DNA of 64,000 nt from the human T2T-CHM13v2.0 reference genome, Homo sapiens (GCF_009914755.1 NC_060928.1); one strand, 5' to 3'. Shown: positions 15,434 to 29,832, counted from the stretch's first letter. Numbers and translations: made by a program. Notes: generated by a model from the letters alone, not told the origin.

Positions 15434-16235
15434 GGCCAGCCCTCCCCATTTCTTCAGTTGTCCCCAGAGGTCAGGGACAGCCCTCCCCATTTCTGCAGGT
15501 GTCCCCAGAGGTCGGGCCAGCCCTCCCCATTTCTGCAGGGTATCCCCAAAGGACAGGGCAGCTCTCCCAATTTCTGCAGTGTGTCCCCAGAGGACAGGCC
15601 AGCCCTCCCCATCTCTGCAGGGTATCCCCAGAGGTCGGGGCAGCCCTCCTTATTTCTGCAGAGTGTCCCCAGAGGACAGGGCTGCCCTCCCCATTTCTGC
15701 AGAGTGTCCCCAGAGGTCGGGGCAGCTCTCCCAATTTCTGCAGTGTGTCCCCAGAGGACAGGCCAGCCCTCCCCATCTCTGCAGGGTATCCCCAGAGGTC
15801 GGGGCAGCCCTCCTCATTTCTGCAGGGTGTCCCCAGAGGACAGGGCTGCCCTCCCCATTTCTGCAGAGTGTCCCTAGAGGTCGGGGCAGCCCTCCCCATT
15901 TCTGCAGGGTGTCCTTAGAGAACAAGGAAGCTCTCCCCATCTCTGCAGGGTGTCTGCAGAGGTTGGGACCTGTCCTCCCCATTTCTCCAGGGTGTCCCCA
16001 GAGGAGAGAACCTGCCCTCCCCATTTCTGCAGGGTGTCCCCAGAGGACATGGCCAGCCCTCCCCATTTCTGCAGGGGTCCCAGAGGTTGGGGCAGCCCTC
16101 CCCATTTCTGCAGGTGTCCCCAGAGGACAGGGCAGCTCTCCCTATTTCTGCAGGGTATCCCCAGAGGTTGGGGCCAGCCCTCCCCATTTCTGCAGAGTGG
16201 CCTGGGAAGACAGGCCAGGCCTCTCCATTTCTGTG
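15434..16235. repeat. 41-bp minisatellite (~19-20 copies), unit ~cagccctccccatttctgcagggtgtccccagaggtcgggg
   Basis: Direct reading of tandem units; explains the repetitive ORFs in several frames. Confidence 0.95.
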
Positions 16236-16476
16236 GAGTACCCAAGGAGGATGATCTAAACCAGCTCTGCAGACCTGGTCCCAGAGGATAGAACCACAGA
16301 TGTGGCTTTGATTCCATGTGAGGAAGACATCTCTCCTCATGGGAGGTGTGCAGAACCCGAGGCCCTGGTCACTGGAGTGCCCAAATGGCGCTGGGCACGA
16401 CCCGTGTAGTCTGAGCAGGCCCGCGGGGTCCCAACTGCCCTGCGGCTGTGTGCTTCCCTGAGGTGGGGTCACGCAC

Positions 16477-16539
16477 CTTTTCCAGCAAGTCTTGGTTTGT
16501 TCTGATGAGCAGCTGCTTCTCTTCAACCCACTTGGAATC
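16477..16539 (-). CDS. JAKMIP1: JAKMIP1 coding exon (~exon 12), DSKWVEEKQLLIRTNQDLLEK, 63 nt
   Basis: ccttag|GAT acceptor, AAG|gtgcgt donor. Confidence 0.95.
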
Positions 16540-17419
16540 CTAAGGAAAAGTACTAAATATGGTCACATTCATGGAAGCAAACAGATGGTCAAGTAACAAA
16601 CTTTTAGTGAGAAAGGTCACTTTCTATGAAACTGACCATGGAAAGGTCATAAAAAATGACAGCCGTGATGTGCCCTCATTGTCCCTGTCCACTTTTAAAC
16701 CCCAAAAAGAGAAACGGCTGGTTTGTGGGGCATCCCTTCTCCACTTCGTTCACGTTCCCAAAAGCACAATGACTCCATTCTGTCCGTCTAATTAACAGAA
16801 ACATGCCTCCAGGGTGACTGGTCCACACTGGCAGACCCTCCACGCATGCGGAAGGCTGACCTCATACCCCGCAGACTGGCCAGAGCCACACTGACATGCT
16901 TTTGTTCATTCCACTCTCTCTGCCTGCGATGCCCTTCCCACGTTTCTTTGCCTGGTCGTATCCTCTTGCATAAGTCCTGTGAGCACACGGCACCAAGTCC
17001 GTCTTGTCGCTGTGGCACCCTGAGCCTGGCACAGTGCCTGTCACATGGGGACAGGGGGACTCTGTGAATCCCGGAATGGATGGATGAAGGAATAAGTAAA
17101 CGCATGGGAAGCCCTCTCCAACTCCCTCCTCCCTTCTCTGCTGGTCAGCCACAGAGCTGGGGCTGGGCTGAGGCCCCTCCCAAGCACCAGGCTGGGCCGG
17201 GCTCACTGAGTCTTGTTGTTCTAGGATGCTGAGAAGCAGAGGCCCGGCCTAGGGTCTGGTCCCAAGCACATGGAATGCGCAGAAGAGGCCCTGGTTGCCT
17301 CCAGGCTTCTGTCTCCCTGGCACCTGGCACCTGCATCATCCTCATGCTGATCCATGTGTGGGCCTCACCAGGCTGCGAGCACCTGTGAGGAGTGGCTGTG
17401 CTCCACCCACCTTTTGTCT

Positions 17420-17826
17420 GTGGCATATTGTGGCCAAAAATGGCTGCAACACTCCCTCCCACCTCTGTGTGCACCCCCTCTGCCATGTGACTTGGCAGCT
17501 CCTCCCAGCAGGTGATGGGGTCCATTTCTTCAACCTCAAAGCTGGGCTGGGCCATGCCATGCTCTGGCTACTGGGATGTTAGCAGAGGTGACCTGAGCAG
17601 AGGTTTGGACCATCCTTGGGCCTTGGGCTTGCCCCCAAACCATGGGGAAAGAAGCCAGGTGGGCCTCCCTGAGGCGGAGGCACCTGGCCGGGAGCTGGCA
17701 GTCTGTGCCCAGCCTGAGCCCAGCCCAAACTGCTGATCCACAGAACTGTGTGCAAATAGAATCCCTGCTGTTCTAAATAACTAAGTATTGGGGTGGTTTG
17801 TTACTCAGCAACAGCAAACTGATTCA
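17420..17826. mobile_element. MLT1 (MLT1G-like) ERVL-MaLR LTR
   Basis: ggccaaaaatggctgcaac... start; typical MLT1 end ggggtggtttgttactcagcaacagcaaactga. Confidence 0.7.
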
Positions 17827-17990
17827 GCGTCCCAGGTACCAGCACTGGGCCTGGGATAGGTGAGAGTTCTGGGAAGTGCTTGCTGGATGAATGGACACAG
17901 GCTCTGCCTCAGACAGGTGCCATCCTCCAGCAGGCATGGAGGGCAGAGCAGGCCACACAGAGAGGACCTACCCCCCTGGGGGAGGCTAAG

Positions 17991-18600
17991 TGTGGCAAGT
18001 AGAAAAGTTCCTCTTCAAAGTTTCCCTTCTTATGAAAGAATAAATCATAAGTGTTAAAAATAATAGTTTCTTTTTAAAAACTAACTTCCTTCAAGCCTCC
18101 TTGCCTTTATACTAACAACTCTTTGTTAAGCCCCTCCTATGTAGCTGTTAGATATAAGGGAATAAGTACATTCTATGTCTTTGTACTTTAACCAAGATAT
18201 TTGTTATAGACTTGCTCAAGCATGTCCCAGCTCGCAGCTTATGTCCCTTCCTTATTTGGAAATGTTATTACTTCTCTAAGTCTTTTCGAAAGCAACTTCC
18301 TCTTTCCCTTTGTTCTCTATTACCTTTACCTATCTAGAAAAGTTTTAAGTTATTAGTCAATTGGGTCTAGCTTAGACTGGGAGGTCCAGTTCCAGCCAAT
18401 GGAGACAGGACACAGCAGTAAGGACCCAATGCATAAGGAATAAATATCCCTGCTTTTCTTTGCTCAATGTGCTCTCGTGGCAGGACTGCTGACAGGCAGC
18501 ACCCTTTCTGCAGAAAGGAAAATTGCCTTGCTGAGAAAACTTTTTGTCTGAATGCTAATTTTTCCTTGCAGTGCCAAGGAATAAGCATTTACTTACAACA
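17991..18600 (+). mobile_element. Solo ERV1 LTR, LTR10 (HERV-I)-like, 610 bp
   Basis: TG...CA termini, 5-bp TSD ctaag (17986-17990 / 18601-18605), 3' end gcaccctttctgcagaaag...aagcattt typical of LTR10. Confidence 0.85.
18208..18227. promoter_or_regulatory. Perfect p53-family response element AGACTTGCTC-AAGCATGTCC
   Basis: 20/20 match to RRRCWWGYYY x2 with zero spacer, inside the LTR10-like LTR. Confidence 0.7.
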
Positions 18601-18764
18601 CTAAGTTAGTTATAGACTGTGATCAGGCAAGTTACAGATATGTGGGCTCAGCCTGGAAGAGGGAAACTGAGGCTAGCAGCCTCAAAAAACAAAAAAGCCT
18701 TATCATCTCGCACCTGGATTTCTGCCCCAGCTACTCCTGGGTTCTCCTCTGTCCTCCTGCTTAA

Positions 18765-18880
18765 TGTGTTAGGTATTATTATTAGCCCCATTTTAAAGAT
18801 GAGGAAACTGAGGCACAAAGAGATTATGTTACTTGCCCAAGGTTATGCAACAAGGAAGTGGCAGAGCTGCCCTCTGACCC
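18765..18880. mobile_element. MIR fragment
   Basis: attattagccccattttaaagatgaggaaactgaggcac core. Confidence 0.75.
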
Positions 18881-20198
18881 AGGTGGCCAGCTATAGCATG
18901 TGAGCTCTGCGTCACGATCCCACCGCATGGAGGATGCAGACCACGGTTTAGAGAAGCCATTCCAGAGGGCTGGGCACTCACATTCCCCCACGCAGTCCAT
19001 TGGTAAAGTCTGCTGTGGTGACCTGCTCTGTGCCAGGCATGCATGCTGGTCGCTGGCCGTCCGCCTCCATGGGAACCTCAGTCTCAACCCCGAGCCCTGC
19101 GGCAGCCATTCTGAGCTGCCAGCTTTGCAGCTTTGCAGCTTTGCAGTGCTCTTCTGGAGCTGCTTCTGTTAAGCCGCCTGGAACCTCTTACACCCCTTGC
19201 TTCACACCCGCCTCCTCCCACTGTATCCCACCAGGCCTAGGAACTGTGGTAGACCTTGCCTGGCCTCCTCAGCCCCCCATAGATGCCTCTCTGCAGGCAG
19301 GGGTGGGGGCCACCAGACACTCCGTCTGCCCACACCCTCCTTGGCACCCTCACTGTTAGTGGGGCCACGTGACTGATGAATTTTGCTGAGGCAGCAAACA
19401 GCCAAGCAGAGGAAAAGTTCGAGATGGGGCAGTTCCAAGATGGTGGTGCCCCCCTCCCTGAATCCCTGAGAGGCCCTTGGGAGAAACAGGAGTGTGAACA
19501 GAATACACCTTGTCACATGGAGCCAGGGAGACGTTCAGGTTATGTCACCACAGCAGCACTTCTGACACAGAGGAGGCCGACCCATACGAACCTTCGCATG
19601 CCACCCCGAGAGGCCAGATTTCCACCCAGAGCCCTCTCTGGCTCCCCCACTCCAGGGGACAGGTCTAGGCCCAGGCTTTTCTGCTGTGTCTCACTGTCAA
19701 CCAGCCTTGCCTAATCAAATGCAGTGGATGGGTAGGTGCAGTTGACTCTAACCTGAGCAGCACAGGACCAGACTGTTCTAAGACACAGAGGCCAGAGGTG
19801 GGGCCTCTGCAATAACCCAGGGTTAGTCATGGGTGCTGGTTCATTTTCACAATTAAAATCTTGATAGAAAATGACAGCTCTTCTTCAGGTTCAAGTCAAA
19901 AACAGCTTTGATCACACCTTTGCTTTTGGAATTACCTCTTTTTTGTGCATTTGGCAAACAAACAAAGAAAAAGCCAAGTTAGAATGCCATACCTTGTTTT
20001 GATTTTTTAACTCGGCACACAGGTACAGTAGGGAGCACATTCGTGCCTGGGTTCTGCTAGTGTTTTTTCCTCTAGCGTCTCTGGAGCTCCTGATCCAGCC
20101 CCACAGAATGTCCCCCTTGGCACAAGGGCGAGCCCCAGGGATACCACCAAGGGGACAGAAAGGCAAAGATTCACAGAGCACAGATCACTCCTGCTCAC

Positions 20199-20282
20199 CT
20201 GTCCCTTCTCAACCAGTAACTTCTCCAAATCTTCGATTTTGGCCTGACACCTCAGCAGATCAGCTTGTAGCTGCTCCCGAGT
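20199..20282 (-). CDS. JAKMIP1: JAKMIP1 coding exon (~exon 11), TREQLQADLLRCQAKIEDLEKLLVEKGQ, 84 nt
   Basis: ttccag|ACT acceptor, CAG|gtgagc donor. Confidence 0.97.
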
Positions 20283-21939
20283 CTGGAAGGGAAAAGACCA
20301 GGCAGTGAGCAGGTCACCTCCAATGGGTGACAGGGAAGCGGAAAGCATCATGCCCCAATGCAAGCAATGCCTAGGGTCCTTATAGGCAAACCTTAGGAAC
20401 AGGTTCACTTTTAGGAGCACGTATTCAACCTTGGCCTACTAGAAGCATGGCTCAGCTTCAAACACAAAAATCATTAAGAAGAGAACAGCCTTGTTTGGTT
20501 TTACAAACCAAAACTTGCTTGGCTTTACAGGCAAGGAAAATGAAGCCTGGAGAAGGGACCCTGTTTTTGAAGGGGGTGAGTGAGCCAGAAGCCAGCCACA
20601 CTGGGGGCCCAGGCCCAGCTCTCTGACCAAGTCCAATCCTTACTGAACCTGAAGCTCATTCAGCCATCATCAGACTTCAACACGCTGGCACAATTGCATA
20701 GCCCCTGGCCCAGGCCCCTTATCACCTGCAGCAGGAGCTGCAAAGCAAAATACTTCAAGCACCAAGAAAGTCATATAAATAAGGGAAGTCAACTGGGTGT
20801 GGGGTAACAGGGAGTGGTGGGGACTGTGGCAAGCCAGAGGCACACGTCCCATCTCAGGGAGACACTGCCACCCAGCAGCAGCCACAAGAAATGGGACGCC
20901 TGTTGCTGCCAGATGTTCTGACCTTTCAAGAGAGGTCAGGAACCTGGATTTCTCTATAGAATCTCTTGATTTTTAAATGTTGGCAAGTAGATGAAATTTA
21001 AAAAGCGAAACAAAAATTATTCAGCCTACACAAAGCCTCACAGTTTCCCTCCTCTGACCTAGATGACAAAGACTGGGCCTTTTATGGTGGGACAAGAAGC
21101 TTCCCTCCCTGCTGACCTCACTCCCCCTTACTCCTGGCTCCCCGCTACAGGGCCACTGCTGCCCCTGGAACAAACTCCACGTGGGCGTGGCCTCTCCTCT
21201 CTGCCTTTGCCATCAGATTTGCCAGGCAATGCCCCATTCTGGCCCATCGCCTTTAAGACTACCAAAATCCATCCATTTGTGGAATTCCCAAACAGGGCTC
21301 TGAGAAAGAGCACAGGCCCTGAGTCCGAGAAACCTGGCCTCGACTCCCAGCTCTGTTCAGCATCATCTGGGTATTTGGGGGCAAGTTGCTCAGTTCTGAG
21401 CCTGTTTCCTCATTCGGAAGATCGGGTTAATTCCTCCTGCTTCAGGGGGCCAGTGTGGGGGTGAGATGGGGGAGGGGATGCAGGGAAGCACCCGTGTGTG
21501 CTCTCCGGGAGTCCTCCACACTCCCAGGAGGAAGCGAGAGCAGGCCCCAGTCTATGTGACTCCCGAAGGTGGGAGAAGGGCCAGTGGATGGAAGTTTCCA
21601 GAAGGCAGAGCTCAGCCTAGCCTGAGGAATGGCGTGGCCTGGACTGAGGTGGTCACAGGGCCCAGAGTGCCTTGGTGGCTGGGGAGCACCCTGAGAGTCC
21701 CTGCAAGTGTTCTGGTGGATGTCCTGGAGGGCGGGGGGCTGGCAGCCCTGGAGGGAGCGGAGCCTGAAGCCTGCAAGCCAGCCAAGTCTGTGATTTCATC
21801 ACTTAGTGTTAAATTCTGAACACATGCTCTCCTCCAAACAGACGGCACAGGTGATATGTAGCGTTGCTTCCTCTAACAGCTCAATGTTCCAGAGCGCCTG
21901 CCATCACACCGAGGATGCAGAGAGGGATCTAGAATGTCA

Positions 21940-22338
<399 letters not shown>

Positions 22339-22639
22339 TTAGACATCAAACGACCACATCTCACAGTGCTGCCAACAGGTGCTTAAGGAGCCTCGCATTG
22401 CCAGGAAGCAACTAGGGCATTGGAGGAAAGGGCTGCCAGGAGGAGGCACCTCCTCAGCCATCAGCACTCCTCCCAGGAGCTCCCACCCACAGGAATCACT
22501 TGAGTTATGTGGGAGCAGGTGGCAGAGAAAGGGCTGGTACCATGGAACCAGCCCCAACTCCAGAAGCAAAGGTCTCCATTGTAAAGGGTGTCCCCTCCCA
22601 CTGAGCACCTCCCATTCTGGGAATTTATCCTAAAGAGAT

Positions 22640-23015
<376 letters not shown>

Positions 23016-24654
23016 TCATCAGTGCGTGCTGCTCATCCATGGGAAAGCCCCACATGGCCATGAGAGAGGATGAGGCAATCCCATGTTCTGGTGCTGAAAG
23101 ATGCCTATTACATATCACTGGCTGGGAAAAAGCAAACTGAAAATCACGCATCCTGTTTTAAGTTAAACATAAAAGGCCCATGGCTGAGAACAAGACCCTA
23201 AAGCCTGAGTAGCCTAGTCCAGACCCCTGTGCAGGACAGGCTGATGGACTGTTGTGTGCCTCCAGCACTGGCCTGGCCCCTCCCTCCAGCCGGCACTTGG
23301 GCTGAGGCTGGTGGGCTGACGGGGAGGATGGTGTGTCTCTCCCAGCGTGAGAAAGGATGTCCAGGGGACGACCTGCAGAGGTGACATGTGTCCCCTAGAG
23401 TTTTGGCACAAGATGGAAGAGCAAAGAGAGGGCCACCTTGGGGTTGAATGTGCCAGCGCCTATAGCATGTGCCACATCTTCCTATGGCAAATAGACCCAT
23501 GGGAGGAAACCAGCCTAGAAGTCATTCCAGATGGGACTCCACAGAAAATGCCACCAGGAGGGGACAAGGACAACAAGCAGGGGTGTGTGGGAGGCGGACC
23601 ATTCAGAGACTCGGGATGTGGGGGCGCAAGGAGCTGCAGTGCCCAGTCCCTCACCAGGAAGCTGTGGGGTGCAGCACAGCAAGGGGAGCTTGTGGAGACC
23701 TGGAGAAGTGCTCCCTCGCGAGGTAGCGCGATCCACCTGCCCCTGCCGGAGGGCACTGCCCTGAGGGCCAGCTGCCCCGGCATATCCGCACCCCCTTCCC
23801 ACTCTTGCCCTTCCCTGGGCTCAGAAAAAGCCACCAGGGGCCTGCATGGGAAGAGGCAGAAGAGCAAGGTAGGGAAACAGCAGCCAAGCCTGACGCAGGC
23901 CCTGGTGGGGAGCAAGGGGAAGGTCTGCGCTGAATGAAGTCTGCTGTTTAGGAAATTAATCAAATGTGATTATTCCCATCACTGGAAGGCATAGAAGCCC
24001 ACAAGGTCTGCCTGAGATGTAACCAGCACTCCTGAAAGAATTCACCTGGGGAAGGTGAGTGAGAACGAAGCTGGTCTTTGCCCCCTCACGAATCCACCTT
24101 GCTCAAGAAGCTGGCTATGCACCCAGATGGGCACAGGTGGTCAGGACAGGGTGAGGCGGTGACCTTGGGGTGATGGGACTTCAGGGCTCTTCACCTTCTT
24201 CTTTATATATTTTTGGATTACATGCTTTATCTTAGTCAAGAAAGCAATGATGCTGTTTCTGCCCGGTGGTGTGTCCGTGTGTGCACACATGCGTGGGGAC
24301 CAGGGAGAGACCATTACGCAGCAGTTTTAATTGCAAATGGTGAGGAAACCCAAGGCAACATCCCTCAATGACTCAGCTTGAACTTGGCAGCCACAGATTT
24401 CCTTGGTGGGGAAATCAGTGCTGGGGAAAGAAAGGGTCCCCACGTGCTGCCCTCCCATCGCCATTCATGGAGCCCACAGCTGTGGGGGCCGCCTTCCCTT
24501 CACACCATTGGCTTTGATAATGCACTGGTAGGAACTGGTCATCTGGGGTTCAGAACTATAGGCAAGGGAGCGAAACTTGCAACTATCAAAAGCAGGAGGT
24601 GCCGCCCCGAGAGCATCTGGGGTGAGGTCCCGCCCTCTCTGCAGGTTTGCTTAC

Positions 24655-24783
24655 ATCGTCCAAGTCTTCTTCGGGCGTGGCTGGGGTCCTGTCTGTCCTG
24701 TCTGTGTTGTAGGATGTTTCGGACAACGTTTCTGAGTCCACAGACTCCTCATCAAATCCAAAAAATGTCTCCACAACATGCTT
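24655..24783 (-). CDS. JAKMIP1: JAKMIP1 coding exon (~exon 9), KHVVETFFGFDEESVDSETLSETSYNTDRTDRTPATPEEDLDD, 129 nt
   Basis: ttacag|AAG acceptor, GAT|gtaagc donor; contains the ETFFGFDEE motif typical of JAKMIP family proteins. Confidence 0.97.
24752..24783 (-). CDS. Candidate nested microprotein, coding exon 2 = first 32 nt of JAKMIP1 exon 9 read in an alternative frame: (E)ACCGDIFWI*
   Basis: A phase-1 junction G|AA GCA TGT TGT GGA GAC ATT TTT TGG ATT TGA results if the 29833 donor joins the exon-9 acceptor (junction inferred). Confidence 0.6.
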
Positions 24784-26319
24784 CTGTAAAACGCAATTTG
24801 TATGATGTTAGCAACGACTGAGGATTGCCAGAGTCTACCAGTCCCTGGTCGTGGGCATGCCAGTGCAGGGGGGTGATGATTGACATTTGGGCCACTGGGG
24901 CATCACAAGATGCGGTTGGTGGGCTTCGTAACTGACTGGGTGGGATAAAAGGTGGCAGCAGGTGGCGGATGACCCTAGGGTTTACAGCCTGAGCGAGCTA
25001 GTCTGGCCCTGGTCCTGGCTCTGGCTCTCCAGCTGTAGACCTGTGCAAACCACTTGGCCCCTGGAGCACCAGCCTCCTTCTCTAGCAAATGGATTGAGAA
25101 GCCACCTCACCTGTGAGCACAAAAGGGGGCCATGCATGCCCTGTGCCCAGAAAGCAGCCCAGCACTCCGTCACGCTCCATGAGCAGCGCACTGGCTGTAC
25201 CAAGGAGAAGGGGGACAGGGTCCAGGGAGATGCTCAGTTCTAAGGAGAAGAACTGGATGAATAAGGACAGCAGAGGGGGCAACAGCTTGAAGGAGTGGAG
25301 AGCCCAGCCATAGTCCTAGTACTCTGACTAGTGTGGCAAATGTGTGGCCCAAGTCCTGGCCAGACCCACACTTAGAGGCAATCTCTGCTTAACTTTTTAT
25401 TATAGAAAACTGGGAAGATTCACAGAATGAGAAGGAATCATGTAATAGACCTTCACACGACCATCACTCAGATCCAGAGGCAAATTGTAAGGCTCTATGT
25501 GACGGCCTCTGAGTTGCCCTGCTGGCACTTCTCCCACTCCAAATATCATAGGATATGGGGCTTCATTCATCTGTCTATCAATTCATTCACTCAGAAAACA
25601 CTGGCAAAGCTCCTTCTATGGGCCAGACACGGGGCAGGCCTGGGGAATACAATAGGATCATAACCAGGCCAGGTCCCTGCCCCAAGGAGCTTGCATCCCC
25701 TAGGGGCTACAGACCTCAACCCACAATCACCAGATCAATGTCTCTTATTTTAGGAACATAGCTTTTTTGGGTTTTTTTTTCCCAAACAGCCCCCGACAAG
25801 GATTTTTATTTGTTTTTACAATCAATGAATGCCTTTCAGACCATGAAGAATGAATCAAAACTGAATTCCAGAGCCCAGCCCAAGGCTCTGCTGGCTCATC
25901 CAAAACATGACTTCACCCAGAGCTCCCCCAACCCACAGAGAAAACCCAGGCACTCCCCACATACTAAGGGCCCCTCCCAGCCTGAGTGTTTTACACAGAG
26001 ATATCTGTAAATGTGAGAAAAATGTGACTGGCACCAGAGTTAATAATGTGATTAGGAAATAATTCAGACATAAGGCAAGGAAGAAGATGCAGGGACACCC
26101 TTGTCACCTTACACAGTTTCTGAAGGTGCTGCAAGGGAGGCACCCACCACCACACGTCACCCAGAACGTTCTTGCATTTGGCACCTGTCTTTCTGCTCAC
26201 TGCATCACCCCTCCCACATTCCTCCTTGCTTTTTAATATGCATGGGGAATACGACTCTCCCCCGAACTCCAGACTCATACGTCAGCTGCGTCCTTTATGG
26301 CATTGTGGAATCCTAGTGG

Positions 26320-27030
26320 GCAGTGACTTACCCCCAACACCGCACCTCCCGCAATCTAACCTGAGTCCAGCAGCAGCAGCTCATGCTTCAGTTGCCCAGG
26401 CCTCAATCCCAGGAGTCCTCCCCTGTCTTCTCCACCTCTCATGCCTGCCCTCCCTGGGAGAAACCCTGTTGTCTTCACCTTCAACTCAAAATCCAGCCCT
26501 CTCTCCCCCTCTCTCCATTGGGACCTTCATCTTGGTCCCAGCCACCAATATCTCTCTCTCTGGAATTATTAAAACCACCAACATCCAGGCAGGCTACAAG
26601 TGGTCTGCGAGGCCCTACAGGATCCACCTCCCATCCTGCCCTGGCATCATCCCTCCCTCTCCTCCTCCGCTCCAGGCTTCTGCACCCCACACACACCTGC
26701 CATGGGGCCTTTGCGCTCCGAGACGCTCTTCCCCAGAATCCACATGTCTCCTTCCCTAGATTCCCTTAGGTCTCTGCACAAATGCAACCATATGAGAAAA
26801 GGCTTCCTGGCCACCACGCCCAGGTCCCTCCTGCTTCACCCCCGCCCCAGCCTCTGGGGCCTCCTTCTTTATTCCTTTCCATAGCACATCTCCCCGCTGA
26901 CGTAAGATCTGGCAAGCTATTGTGTTTACTGATGGTCTTCCCCCTACCCCTTGAAATGGAAGCTCCATGAAGGCAGGGGGTTGGCCCTTTTGTTCTCGAC
27001 TGTATCCCAGTGTTAATGAACTCAAAGCCA
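26320..27030. mobile_element. Degraded L2 fragment
   Basis: Pyrimidine-rich L2-like phrases ending ggaagctccatgaaggcaggggg...gtatcccagtg. Confidence 0.5.
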
Positions 27031-27356
27031 CACTAGTTTGTCTATCCACAAACAGATTTTGTTTTGCACATGACACCATTTCCATTCATTCACACAGCTG
27101 GCATCAGTTGGGCACCATGTGGTTACATGCCCCAGATGAGTCTCATTGGCAGGTACGTGAAGACTATGGGCACCATCAACTTCAATGTCATTTCTCTCCT
27201 TGCAGAGGCTGGAGACAATCATCTACTCAAATCTCCCCTCTGGATGAGAACCCCACCCGACTTCAGGCATCATGGACTCTTCCAACCAGCTCTAGAGAGC
27301 AGTGGTAGTGACATCCCATGGTGACAATGGCACCCACGGGAGTGATGCATCTGCAG

Positions 27357-27650
27357 CACTCAAGCTCTTCCGCACACACAGGTCACCCCCCTGAGCTCCA
27401 GGTTCACTCAAGCTCTTCTGCACACACACACACAGGTCACCCCCTGAGCTCCAGGTTCACTCAAGCTCTTCTGCACACACAGGTCACCCCCCTGAGCTCC
27501 ACGTTCACTCAAGCTCTTCTGCACACGCAGGTCACCCCCCTGAGCTCCACGTTCACTCAAGCTCTTCTGCACACGCAGGTCACCCCCCTGAGCTCCACGT
27601 TCACTCAAGCTCTTCTGCACACGCAGGTCACCCCCCTGAGCTCCACGTTC
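27357..27650. repeat. 48-bp minisatellite (~6 copies), cactcaagctcttctgcacacgcaggtcacccccctgagctccacgtt
   Basis: Near-identical tandem units; 16-aa repeats in the ORF track. Confidence 0.95.
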
Positions 27651-28336
27651 CACATTTTTCTGAGCAGCCACTGAGCTGACCTTATTTCTTGTAAACACTG
27701 CTAACTGCAAGGCCTTTGGGGACGAGTCTGTTTGTTGCTGTAGCCCAGGAAGCATCATCAAGTTACACACTTTCCAAACATTTAGAACACACTGCTGGGC
27801 TGTGACCATCCACGTCAGCATCAGGGACCCTCCTGGGGGCAACGACTCAATGCTCAATTACCTAGGACGATCCACTGTGAAGGCTCTGCAGGACTACCAG
27901 TTAAAGACTCAACTCTCAAGCCCTAATACAGGGCATTAACTACCAATGCTGCCGAAAACCCTACAGGACTGCTAGTTAAGGACTCAACTCCCAAGCCCTA
28001 ATACAGGGCATTAACTACCGATGTTGCCGCCTGTGTTTAAAGTAGAGCAACCTTAGCAAACAGCCTAACTCCAGACCCAGTGGAGCCCCCGACAGTATCA
28101 TATCATATGGCCCCAGAGACCAAGACTCCACAGAACTATGCTGCTTTGAGGGAAAGAGGAAGCAGCTCTTAGAGCAGAAACCAAACACAAAAGGGCAGTC
28201 CAACTTGAATCCTGCAGCAATGCAGAGGAATCCACAGCCAGGCACGGCACACACAGAGTTCCCATAGCAGCAACGAGTTGTCTGGGACCCAACCCCTCAG
28301 GTTTTTATGCTGGGTATTTTTAAAAATTTTTTAACT

Positions 28337-28648
<312 letters not shown>

Positions 28649-29244
28649 TAACATTTTTTTATAACATTTTATAACACTGGGTTAGTGTTTATAACATTTT
28701 ATAACACTGGGTTAGTTTGTTTCCTTCAGAGAAAAGTTGTGTTGAGTGATTATATTATGCAGTAAGCCTACATGTACTCGATTTCTCAATATATTTGTGT
28801 CTTTATTAATAAAAAATAGAAACAATATATTAATGTTTAAAGTAAAAACACAGTGGCTATCTTCCTTGAAGGCAATGCAACTGGTTTTGCACTGCATTTT
28901 CAAAAAATGCAGGAAATAATTCACCACCTGCTTCTCAAGAGATGAGGGGAGAACCGCCCAGAAAACATTGTTTCCTGTCATGACTGGCACACAGTGGGCT
29001 TTAAAAAAAATGGCAAACATGAAAGAAACTTCATTTTTTTGTGTCTCCACTCTTCTAAGAGTCTCTAGGTTTTTCCTCACAAGAGATACATTAGGAGCAA
29101 AAATGTCCACCATTTGCTCATTCTGAGCCCATCTACTGAATAAAAAGGTAATTCCTCTAGCCTTCCATGTTCCTTGCAACCAAAGCCTCTCCTTGTTGAC
29201 TCGTTTCTACAGATGAATCCAGATTCAGATTAAGATTCAGTTTT

Positions 29245-29592
<348 letters not shown>

Positions 29593-29832
29593 TTACACTT
29601 TGCATATACAGAGGTGCTCTTCCTCAGCGGGTCAGATGAAGCAGAGGGAAAAAGAGGAGGTACCCCCAAAACAAATAGCCCCCCAACCAGATCCAGTCTC
29701 TCTCAGCCACCTGTCTTCTCACCTTCCTATCATTTTCAACAGAGCCACCTGTCACAGGCAGGAGCATCGGTCGGCCACAGCCAGGGACCGCCAGAGAACC
29801 TCAAAACGCAAAACCCCGAACCAGCTGCCTAC

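Noticed and set aside
15434-16235. CRISPR-like appearance of the tandem arrays (also 27357-27650, 50375-50772)
   Set aside because: Contiguous units without unique spacers, no cas genes, and primate intronic context
15404-16526. Several 110-226 aa repetitive ORFs on both strands
   Set aside because: Artefacts of the 41-bp minisatellite lacking stop codons
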